Origin: an uncultured bacterium
GTDB lineage: Bacteria > Hydrogenedentota > Hydrogenedentia > Hydrogenedentales > JAEUWI01
Reading direction: 5' to 3'
DNA: 17,891 bases
Assembly: GCA_963977445.1 (NCBI GenBank)
Contig: CAXBPH010000136.1
Coordinates: forward strand, 1 to 17,891
Shown: positions 8,079 through 15,672 of the stretch, piece after piece
Layout: each line of letters opens with the position of its first letter
How positions within the stretch are numbered: position 1 is the stretch's first letter
Made by a program: the position numbers and the translations under genes
The notes under the pieces: generated by a model
What the model was told of the DNA's origin: nothing
Database searches by the model: none
What the model saw: the letters and a program-made list of their open reading frames with translations, nothing else

Positions 8079-10439
8079 TCAAGGCTCATCGAGCCAACGA
8101 CGGGGCCGGTCCACCATTACTGCAGCCAAGCCCTCAGAAAACATTTGTGTCGAACGATATATCGGTTCAATCGCCCATTCTCCGTTCAGATTAAGGAATC
8201 CATAGGTTCGCGCCTGCCCGGATTCGCCGTTACCGCTTGCGGAGGCGAGTCCACCAGAGAAGGTGCCTACATGCCGAAATTGGGCTTCGATGACCATAGT
8301 TCCGCTCTTATCAATGTAGCCCCACCGCTCCGGAAAATCGAAGCTAACCCGCACAGCGGCGCGCCCTTCGCTGAAATCCTCGGCATCGGAATAAGTTGCC
8401 GGTATCACGACGTTACCTTTTGGGTCTGCAAATCCGAAAAGGTGACGCCCCGAATCGTCTCGCAGGGAGAACTTGACCAGACCTTCCGCATAGGCACCAA
8501 TACTTGCATACTGGGGCGCCAGCAATAGATGACCCTCGTGGTCAAGAAGACCGTAGGCGTTCACGTACGGGCGGGGGAGGGGGACCGTGAACGTCATCGT
8601 GCCATCGGGGTATACCTCGTCGAGGTCTTGCTTATCACCAAATAGAATCAGGCCGTCTTTGTCGATGACCAGCGTCCGTCCCTCTTTGAGTACTGTGGCT
8701 CGTCCGCCCCGGAAGGTTGAGGCCCTGTAGAATGTCGGGGGCAGCACGACGGTACCCAAGCCATCCTTGTATCCCCACAACTTTCCCGCCTTGAAGCGAT
8801 AAGGCCCTTCGCCCGGGTCGGATTCCGGTTTTTCCACGGGCTTTCCTGAACGGTCGATGTAGAACCGGTGCTCACCGTGATAGACCGTTGCAATACCCTT
8901 CTCAAACCGTCCCGCTGCCGTAAATTGCGGCGCGATAACCATAGCGCCGTTGGGGTCGACATAGCCCCATGCACCACGGGCGTACGAAGGCAGATGACTT
9001 GGCTGCTCCTCAACCCAGGTGCTCCATTTGGTCTGGGCTTCTCTTAGTTCCTCGGGCGACGGGTCGGTTTCGGGGGCCTCCCCGTTACCGAGAAACCAGC
9101 CACCGGCAAAGCCGCGCAGCCGCTCCAAGGCTCTCATGCGTCGCACCGGGTTGTCGTCAACAAGGAAGGCGACAAGGTGCTGCAACAGCGCCCGCCGCTC
9201 AATATCCGAAAGGACAGAACGGGCTCCCAGTGCGGCGGTAAAATAGGCGTCTTGATCCAGTGCAAGGGCAATTGTACGCGGTGAATTGCTGAGAACAAGG
9301 CCATAGTTCACGGGAGGGGACGAATTGGGGTCTTCTTCAGCCGCTATCCATTCTTCGAATAGGGGGACGAAATCGTCGGACAGGGAAAGTCGGATGCCAT
9401 CCAAAACGGCTCCATGGTGCATCGAGCGGGATTCATCCTTGCGCAATGCACGCTCCGCTTCCCGCCAATGATCGACCATCGCTGCCCGTTCTGCTTTTTC
9501 GCCAACCCGAATTTCGATGGGAAAGTGCGCATAGACCTGCGCTGAACTCAGTATAGTCTGACAGTGCCAAAGCGCATGTTTATATACATTCCAGCCCGCG
9601 AGTGATTCGGGTACGTTACCGAATGTATCCACCTCCAGCAGAGCTTGAATGGCGGGGGGCATATGCGCAAGAAGTGGGCTGTCGGTCTGCTTGTATTTCC
9701 GTTTTTCCTCATGAAAGAAGAATCGTGTCGATTTCTTCCCCGTGGACGTCTCGATCAAATCGCCACCTTCACTTACAGAATGGTCCGCACGCAAGTCATC
9801 GGGCATCAGGACGCGGCGCACGGTCGGCTCTTGGCTTGGGGGCGTATAGACGGGCGGCGCGTAGAAACAATACAACGCATAGCGTCCCGGTTCCTGGATG
9901 GCGCACCAACGTTGCACGGCCTGCCAAACCGTATAGGGTTGGGTGCTATCCGCCTTCGCCTGCAGCACCCAGCCTCCCCCCTCGGGAGAAACCTGGATGG
10001 CACCAACCCATCGCCCGTCTTCGTGCTGAAGAATGAAATAGAAGTTCCCGTCCCGCCCGGACATTCGGCCGGTGCCCCCTCGGGGTTCTTTCCAGGTGCC
10101 GGGCCCGTCGAGTTCCACACGGTACTCGACGAGGATGGGTTCCCCCAGTAGTAAATTCCGTTTCTCCAGCCGAAAGGACCGGCGAACGTCCGCCGGGTTG
10201 CATTCGAAGTCTGGAATCGCCTTGCCGATGGGATTGTCAGTCCCGGGATGCAACGCCCTTGTGTAACCAAAGGCGTTGTAGGTCGTGCCCGTAGCGCCAC
10301 CATCAGGACCCGCTACACTCGGGAGTTCTAACCACGCGCTATCGACATCGTAGGTGATGGTTATAGGCTCGGTGGCCTCTTGTGCCCTGGCGGCAGCCAT
10401 GACGATTGTGAGTAGAATCCCGCAGATCACATGTCGCAT
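8079..10439 (-). CDS. Secreted WG-repeat (WG_beta_rep) protein with a large N-terminal region and a HEAT-like helical segment
   Basis: Signal peptide MRHVICGILLTIVMAAARA with GAGGAGG RBS. C-terminal repeats WGYVDPNG...F, WGYKDGLG, FGFADPKG...FSEGRA, WGYIDKSG...FSGGLA and YGFLNLNG...FSEGLA. Confidence 0.85.
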   Translation of the reverse strand: MRHVICGILLTIVMAAARAQEATEPITITYDVDSAWLELPSVAGPDGGATGTTYNAFGYTRALHPGTDNPIGKAIPDFECNPADVRRSFRLEKRNLLLGEPILVEYRVELDGPGTWKEPRGGTGRMSGRDGNFYFILQHEDGRWVGAIQVSPEGGGWVLQAKADSTQPYTVWQAVQRWCAIQEPGRYALYCFYAPPVYTPPSQEPTVRRVLMPDDLRADHSVSEGGDLIETSTGKKSTRFFFHEEKRKYKQTDSPLLAHMPPAIQALLEVDTFGNVPESLAGWNVYKHALWHCQTILSSAQVYAHFPIEIRVGEKAERAAMVDHWREAERALRKDESRSMHHGAVLDGIRLSLSDDFVPLFEEWIAAEEDPNSSPPVNYGLVLSNSPRTIALALDQDAYFTAALGARSVLSDIERRALLQHLVAFLVDDNPVRRMRALERLRGFAGGWFLGNGEAPETDPSPEELREAQTKWSTWVEEQPSHLPSYARGAWGYVDPNGAMVIAPQFTAAGRFEKGIATVYHGEHRFYIDRSGKPVEKPESDPGEGPYRFKAGKLWGYKDGLGTVVLPPTFYRASTFRGGRATVLKEGRTLVIDKDGLILFGDKQDLDEVYPDGTMTFTVPLPRPYVNAYGLLDHEGHLLLAPQYASIGAYAEGLVKFSLRDDSGRHLFGFADPKGNVVIPATYSDAEDFSEGRAAVRVSFDFPERWGYIDKSGTMVIEAQFRHVGTFSGGLASASGNGESGQARTYGFLNLNGEWAIEPIYRSTQMFSEGLAAVMVDRPRRWLDEP

Positions 10440-10636
10440 AGTGCCCTCCTCGATGCATTTGTTCCGCCGCGTCAACACGTTTCAGCGAGAATTGGCCGAA
10501 ATGATACGCTTGGGATTGATTATCGAAATTAGCGTTGGCGGAGTCAAGGCGGCTCATCTAAATAGGCGAAGATATATCACGGACATAATCAAAGTCATGC
10601 AGTTTCCAGCATTCCGAATTGGGGCCACGGAGCTAT

Positions 10637-10658
10637 GGAGCGCCGACGGTTCGTCGGC
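10637..10658 (+). repeat. Solo GGAG-type REP-like palindrome
   Basis: GGAG-C-GCCGACG-GTT-CGTCGGC, i.e. a tetranucleotide followed by a 7-bp stem, in intergenic DNA. Confidence 0.45.
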
Positions 10659-10840
10659 ATTACGTCGAAGACGTAAAAATAGTGAGCTGGATTTGCTCGA
10701 GGTCTATTTTCGCTTATTTTGTTCCATTTTTTCTTGCCCGTGTAACGCAATTAGCCAGTCCTTTTTGGCGGAATGGTGACTTTTTTTGTTTGACGACGGC
10801 TCCGACCACTACCCCGGGCTAAAATCTGCCAAATTGATGC

Positions 10841-10870
10841 TTGATACCCTGCCCCGGCATATACTACACT
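10841..10870 (+). promoter_or_regulatory. Putative sigma70 promoter for tRNA-Pro
   Basis: TTGATA, 18 nt, TACACT, ending 12 nt before the tRNA. Confidence 0.45.
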
Positions 10871-10882
10871 TCACTACACATT

Positions 10883-10959
10883 CGGGGTGTGGCGCAGTCC
10901 GGTAGCGCACTACGTTCGGGACGTAGGGGCCGGAGGTTCAAATCCTCTCACCCCGACCA
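10883..10959 (+). tRNA. tRNA-Pro (anticodon CGG)
   Basis: 77-nt cloverleaf. Acceptor stem CGGGGTG/CACCCCG, anticodon arm CTACG-TTCGGGA-CGTAG, T-loop GGTTCAAATCC, encoded CCA end. Confidence 0.98.
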
Positions 10960-11072
10960 TTTTTAAGTATGGTCGAGTCAACCACTTACGGTTGATCCCG
11001 CGAAAATATCGCGGTGCGACATTCAACGCCAGTTTGGGTAAGTTACCCGATGGCTATGGAGGTTGCACCGCG

Positions 11073-12242
11073 ATGTCTGTTTCTGAGCAAGCCAAAGTTC
11101 CCCCACTTCGGACGCATAAAGCCACTGGATCCGGCTATGTCGTGTTGAATGGCAAGCGTAATTATCTCGGCAAGCGAGACGATCCCGCTTGCCAGCCCAA
11201 GTACGACCGGCTGATCGCGGAATGGCTCGCTGCTGGTCGCTACGGCCCTGCAACTTCCACTTTGACTGTGGTCGAACTCGCGGCCCGGTATTGGGAGCAT
11301 GCCCGCGAATACTACCGGGCACCGGATGGGCAGGAAGCCAAGTCCCTCATCCGCGTCAAGCTTGCCATCCGCGATCTACGCAACCTATACGGCAACATTT
11401 CTGTCAATGAGTTTGGGGCGTTACAACTCCAGGCGCTGCGCGGAAAGTGGATTGACCGGAATCTGTGCCGTACCACGATCAACGACCGAGTAACGGTAGT
11501 TCGTGCCATCTTCCGTTGGGGCGCAGCACAGGAGCTGGTGGACGAACGCATCCCGATGAAGCTGGCGAACGTGGAAAACCTGCAAAAAGGCCGGTCACGG
11601 GCGAAGGAATCGCGGAAGGTGCTGCCCGTTCCCGACGCGGACGTAGAGAACACCCTCGCCCACTTGCCTGGCCCTGTCGTGGCCCTTATCCGGCTGCAAC
11701 TTCTGACCGGTGCGCGCCCCGGTGAATTGATTAACCTACGCCCCTGCGACATCGACCGGACCGGTGCTGTCTGGACAGTCACGCTGGAGCATCACAAGAC
11801 CTCCCACAAGGGGCATGAGCGCGTGCTCTACATGGGGCCTCAGGCACAATGCGTCCTGCGCCCTCTGCTGTTGCGCGATACCGACCGCCCCCTATTCAGC
11901 CCGAAAGATGCTGAGGCGGAGCGACATGAGAAGAGCAGGAAGAGCAAAGACGGCGGACGGCGACTGGACCAGAAGCCAAATAAGAAAAAGACCAACCGGG
12001 TGGTGCGGGATACCTACGACAGACGGACTTATAACCGGGCAATAGAAAGGGCCTGTGAAAAGGCCGGAGTAACCCGGTGGCACCCGAACCAACTGCGCCA
12101 TAACTGCGCCACGGCGTTGCGCAAGACCTTGGGCATTGAAGCAGCACAGATCATGCTTGGACACGCCCGCGTCGATACCACCGAAATCTACGCCGAGCGA
12201 AACCAGGAAGCGGCCCGGAAGATTGCTGCTGACCACGGCTGA
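11073..12242 (+). CDS. Tyrosine recombinase / phage-type integrase
   Basis: Catalytic motifs TGARPGE (R), HKT (K), WHPNQLRH, LGH and TEIY (Y). N-terminal arm-binding-like segment HKATGSGYVVLNGKRNYLG. GGAGG RBS before ATG 11073. Confidence 0.95.
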   Translation: MSVSEQAKVPPLRTHKATGSGYVVLNGKRNYLGKRDDPACQPKYDRLIAEWLAAGRYGPATSTLTVVELAARYWEHAREYYRAPDGQEAKSLIRVKLAIRDLRNLYGNISVNEFGALQLQALRGKWIDRNLCRTTINDRVTVVRAIFRWGAAQELVDERIPMKLANVENLQKGRSRAKESRKVLPVPDADVENTLAHLPGPVVALIRLQLLTGARPGELINLRPCDIDRTGAVWTVTLEHHKTSHKGHERVLYMGPQAQCVLRPLLLRDTDRPLFSPKDAEAERHEKSRKSKDGGRRLDQKPNKKKTNRVVRDTYDRRTYNRAIERACEKAGVTRWHPNQLRHNCATALRKTLGIEAAQIMLGHARVDTTEIYAERNQEAARKIAADHG

Positions 12243-12257
12243 AAGTCCTGAGCATGC

Positions 12258-12291
12258 ACACCCTCCCCGGCATCCGGCGGAGGGTGTTTTT
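12258..12291 (+). terminator. Rho-independent terminator after the integrase
   Basis: Hairpin ACACCCTCC-CCGG-CAT-CCGG-C-GGAGGGTGT followed by a T run. Confidence 0.75.
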
Positions 12292-12320
12292 GGTATTAGG
12301 TGAAATGGATAATGCAAAGA

Positions 12321-12348
12321 TTGTATTTGCAGTAAAAAGTGGTATAAT
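12321..12348 (+). promoter_or_regulatory. Putative extended -10 sigma70 promoter driving the excisionase/replication operon
   Basis: TTGTAT, 16 nt, TATAAT, with a TGn extension. Overlapped by the palindrome TGCAAA-N7-TTTGCA (12313-12331). Confidence 0.55.
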
Positions 12349-12667
12349 TACGATGTCATTCAAATCCCATCGACTTCTAGGGCCAAGAACACTGCTATGA
12401 GGTCGAGCTCGATGACCCCGTGTGGAATTCTTTCTCGTTAATGGCCCTCGCAAATAACGTTGAAAGACAAAGTTTCTCTATCTGGGCGAATTGGCCTTTC
12501 GGAACCGCCACTTCTTCTGGTAGGAAACTAACGTGTAAGAAGCGTAGCCTAGTGGCGCGCGAGTTCTCATAAGTGAGACACCGCTTACGGCGGTTTACGA
12601 GGATATTTCAAACCTCGTAGGCTGTCGTTTTTTTTTGATACCGATGGCCAAACAAAGGAATTTGGTC

Positions 12668-13009
12668 ATGAACAAAAAAAATGATCTAGCGGACTACAAA
12701 GAATCACCCTATCTCAAGCTGTCCGAAGTCTCCCGATTGTTACCTGGACGCCCCTCCACAATTTGCCTTTGGCGTTGGTGTCGTCACGGCCTGACTACCC
12801 GCGCTGGCGTCAGAGTCAGACTCGTACACATCCGCGTTGGGCGCAACCTCATGACCACACGGGAAGACTGCGACGCATTCTTTCGTCGTGTGGCCGAGGG
12901 CGATGTGGAGCACTTCGACGTTGCCGAAGTGCAACGCCCGTGCAAAGTTGCGTCAAGTCCCGAGGATGTTCAAGCGGCCCACGACCGCCTCGCGGCTCTT
13001 GGAATGTAG
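12668..13009 (+). CDS. DUF1580-family HTH protein, probable excisionase / recombination directionality factor
   Basis: The sequence YLKLSEVSRLLPGRPSTICLWRWCRHG...VRLVHIRVGRNLMTT matches the Xis/MerR-like wHTH pattern of DUF1580. AAGGA RBS. Located between the integrase and the prim-pol. Confidence 0.85.
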   Translation: MNKKNDLADYKESPYLKLSEVSRLLPGRPSTICLWRWCRHGLTTRAGVRVRLVHIRVGRNLMTTREDCDAFFRRVAEGDVEHFDVAEVQRPCKVASSPEDVQAAHDRLAALGM

Positions 13010-13186
13010 CCATGGCCGCGCAGCGAGGCCATTCTGGAGAAAAGCCTGGAGTGCCAAAACGGGCAACAGGCCGAAGTCACACGGTGCCAAATTACGGACT
13101 GTCCGCTCTGGTCCTACCGTTCCGGCAGAAAGCAAAGCCCCTCGAATCGTCAGCAGTCGCAAGGAGACGCCCCCAGCGAGGCCTGA
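13010..13186 (+). pseudogene. Decayed small Cys-rich (putative Zn-binding) phage/satellite protein
   Basis: The frame continuing after the DUF1580 TAG reads PWPRSEAILEKSLECQNGQQAEVTRCQITDCPLWSYRSG. This resembles the 'AIR.KCLDC..G...EV..C....CPLW.YR.G' pattern I recall from mobile-element proteins. The ATG at 13012 is out of frame by one base and the first Cys is AGC (Ser). Confidence 0.55.
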
Positions 13187-13292
13187 GCAGAAAAACTCAG
13201 GTCCAGTGGGCACTAGATACCCCTGAAACTCCCTTTTGCCAAATACCCCGAAAAACGGCGTATTCAGAAAGGGGCGTGAGAGGCGGTGCCTC

Positions 13293-15059
13293 GTGACGAA
13301 AGAAACGACGAAGGCCCCAGACGTGTTCGCGCACGCTGGGGCCGAGAAGAAAGATTCTGACTGCACTTCCTCCAAGGAAAATACTACGCCCAAACCGACA
13401 GAACTGTCAACCCTGACCCCGTACCAAATAGCTGAGCGTATGGGCTGGCGAATGACACCTCTGAATGGAAAAGCACCTTTTGAACCAGACTGGCCCAATC
13501 TGGAAGGCTTAACGCCGAAGCAAGCCCAGGCACGAATAGACGCGGGCCGCAATGTGGGTATCATATGCGGTAACCGCTCAAATCGGTTGATTGTCGTGGA
13601 TGTCGATGGGGAGCGGCCAGACGGCCTCACACCGACGGTGGAGGTTGTCACCGGCGGCGGCGGCGGCGGCGCTCACCTCTATTACACCGTGCCCGAAGGC
13701 GTTGTCTTGGAAAAGGCCAACAAGGTAAGACTTGCTGACCTCGACATAGACATCCGCTACACCGGTGGGCAAGCTGTTTACCCCGGCAGCGTTCACCCCG
13801 AAACCGGTGTGATCTACGAATGGCGTGAAGGATTTTCCCCAGCTGACATCGAAGTGGCCGAGATACCCAAATGGGTGATTGATGCCATCAACGCACCGGC
13901 TCTGAAAGTCCCCAAGAAGGCCCAAGCGACAGAAAGGAATACGAAGCAAGGTACAAACCTGCCATACGCAGAAGCGGCCCTGAATGGCGCGTGCAATGAC
14001 ATAGCCAACGCTAAAGTAGGCGCACGAAACAATACTATCAGCCGGAAGGCATACAAGATGGGGGGCTATATCACTACGGGCAATCTGGATGAGTCCGAGG
14101 CGATAGAGGCGCTCATAGCGGCGGCACCCATCGCGCCCGACTTCACCGAGGCCGAGGCCTTAAAGACAATTCATTCTGGCATCCAAGCTGGCAAGAATGA
14201 ACCACTCACGCCCCCAGCAATCAATCAGGCCAAGTCCCGGAGCAGCGATGCGCTCCAGGGGATTTCAATAGACGTTGAGCACAACTTAAGCGAAAAGGAA
14301 CTATTCAGGCGTGTACCAGTTAGTAGACACAAGAATAGAGAAATTGCCGATTACCAGAATGCCATGTCGCTAGGCGTAGCCATTCGCGAAATCACGGGTA
14401 CCCTCGGAGACCCCGAAGCCACCCTCGATGACGAAGAATGGGCACCCCTGATAGCATCCTGGTGCAAACGCCACAAGAGAGATCCAGAGGACGTAGAAGC
14501 GTCCGTGATAGCTCATTGGCCCGAAACCGCGCACGGTCATAAGAGTAAGTTCTTGGCAGCTTCATGGGCTTTCAGAAAGGACCCAGAGGCATATACAGGC
14601 CAAGAGCTTCGCCACCAAACATGGCGTATGGCGGCAACATTTTGTATGAGGCTACAGGAAGCTGCGGGCCTTAAGCCGTTTTTCCTGAGCGCCCAAGACT
14701 TGTCCGACGAGGTCACCGCCTACACCAAGACCGCCAAAATTAGCGTTCGATTTGGCACAAGTGCGGCGAAAGACCGTCTGGCCTGCCTCGTGGCTAAGAA
14801 CATCCTGATTCTTGTCAAAAAGGGCGATATGCACTGGGCCAATGAGTACTTTTTCTCCGAAATCTACCTACAGTCTTATAGTCCTATAGAATACCTCTCA
14901 CCTCTGGGGGAGGAGGGATCGCATAATGAGAAGATTGAGGAAGGAAAAACTACCTCGAACAAATCCCAGTCGGATTTACCACCTTTACGCATCGCCGGTG
15001 ATGGATTCGCGAGCCTTGGCGGAACAAATCTGCGAAGGCACCAGACCCAGGGCGATTAG
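13293..15059 (+). CDS. Bifunctional DNA primase/polymerase (Prim-Pol, AEP) with PriCT-like and C-terminal helical/wHTH regions
   Basis: Motifs NVGIICG, LIVVDVD (motif I), T-G6-AHLYY (motif II), DIR..GGQAVYPGSVHP and YEW. PriCT-like segment GARNNTISRKAYKMGG...EALKTIHSG. The GTG start at 13293 has GAGG upstream, but the start is uncertain. Confidence 0.9.
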   Translation: MTKETTKAPDVFAHAGAEKKDSDCTSSKENTTPKPTELSTLTPYQIAERMGWRMTPLNGKAPFEPDWPNLEGLTPKQAQARIDAGRNVGIICGNRSNRLIVVDVDGERPDGLTPTVEVVTGGGGGGAHLYYTVPEGVVLEKANKVRLADLDIDIRYTGGQAVYPGSVHPETGVIYEWREGFSPADIEVAEIPKWVIDAINAPALKVPKKAQATERNTKQGTNLPYAEAALNGACNDIANAKVGARNNTISRKAYKMGGYITTGNLDESEAIEALIAAAPIAPDFTEAEALKTIHSGIQAGKNEPLTPPAINQAKSRSSDALQGISIDVEHNLSEKELFRRVPVSRHKNREIADYQNAMSLGVAIREITGTLGDPEATLDDEEWAPLIASWCKRHKRDPEDVEASVIAHWPETAHGHKSKFLAASWAFRKDPEAYTGQELRHQTWRMAATFCMRLQEAAGLKPFFLSAQDLSDEVTAYTKTAKISVRFGTSAAKDRLACLVAKNILILVKKGDMHWANEYFFSEIYLQSYSPIEYLSPLGEEGSHNEKIEEGKTTSNKSQSDLPPLRIAGDGFASLGGTNLRRHQTQGD

Positions 15060-15251
15060 GCAGGCAACGTAATCGTCTGCCTTTTCCTCAAGATGGAGCG
15101 CATACTCCCGCCCTACGTCACTTCGGTAAACCGTGCTCATGAAGGTGCGGCTGATGCCGATAAGATCCGCTGCGTCTTTTACGGGCAGACCAGCCGTGAT
15201 GAGTCTGATTGCCTGTCGGTGGGAGGGCTTTAATCTACGAAGTTCTTTCAT
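14985..15251 (-). CDS. Small helix-turn-helix DNA-binding protein
   Basis: HTH pattern LKPSHRQAIRLITAGLPVKDAADLIGISRTFMSTVYRS. AAGGAG upstream. Overlaps the prim-pol tail convergently by 75 bp. Confidence 0.75.
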   Translation of the reverse strand: MKELRRLKPSHRQAIRLITAGLPVKDAADLIGISRTFMSTVYRSDVGREYALHLEEKADDYVACLIALGLVPSQICSAKARESITGDA

Positions 15252-15566
15252 AGGCTAAGTTTAACTCCTTCAGATACTTTGGTCAAGTGCTTTCGGCTTG
15301 CTTTTACATAGAAAATCCTTATAAACAGGGAAGAACGTACTGATAGCCGTTTTTCAGTAAGGAGATTCGTGATTTACAGTCCATCTCGATGTTGTCGGTT
15401 CTGCGGTCGTATTGGTACTATCTGTGCTTGAGTTCTGGACAACAAACTTCGGGGATAGGTTTTGTGTTAATGCTTGCGCTTAAAGGGTTTCTGTGTCATC
15501 TGAGTTTTGCTCAACGTTTACTGAGTCAACTTCCACGGCCCATCAGGTGGCCAGCGGGGCTGCTTC

Positions 15567-15659
15567 ATGAGCGGTCATGGCAAGACCGTACGTATTTATC
15601 TCGCCGATAGCTCGCCTACGGGCATCCACCATGCAAAAGCGGTGAACTGGATGGGGCAC
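15567..15659 (+). pseudogene. 5' fragment of a GIY-YIG nuclease / DUF4357-type gene
   Basis: Translates MSGHGKTVRIYLADSSPTGIHHAKAVNWMGH, matching the conserved N-terminus 'GKT(I/V)xI(F/Y)LxDGxPxGI...NWTG' of R-M-associated GIY-YIG/DUF4357 proteins. Similarity stops just before the type ISP stop codon. The frame closes at 15728. Confidence 0.65.
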
Positions 15660-15672
15660 CACTTGCCGACCC

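Noticed and set aside
5687..10266. Long antisense or alternate-frame ORFs within the DUF5722 and WG-repeat genes (e.g. 7118-7903, 9645-10151)
   Set aside because: They overlap well-supported genes and lack RBS or domain signals.
10887..11072. N-terminal extension of the integrase ORF as given in the ORF track
   Set aside because: It runs through the tRNA-Pro gene. A GGAGG RBS supports ATG 11073 instead.
12079..12101. NQLRH instead of canonical HxLRH in the integrase as a sign of inactivation
   Set aside because: The H-to-N variant (W.PNQLRH) is common in this integrase group, and the other catalytic residues are intact.
12151..12453. Minus-strand 100-aa ORF as a divergent repressor
   Set aside because: No HTH pattern, it crosses the terminator, and it overlaps the integrase.
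13012..13296. 94-aa ORF MAAQRGHSGEK...GGAS with a GTGA overlap to the prim-pol start
   Set aside because: The position is operon-like, but the product is low-information and a different frame carries a recognisable Cys motif. Left uncalled, though not excluded.
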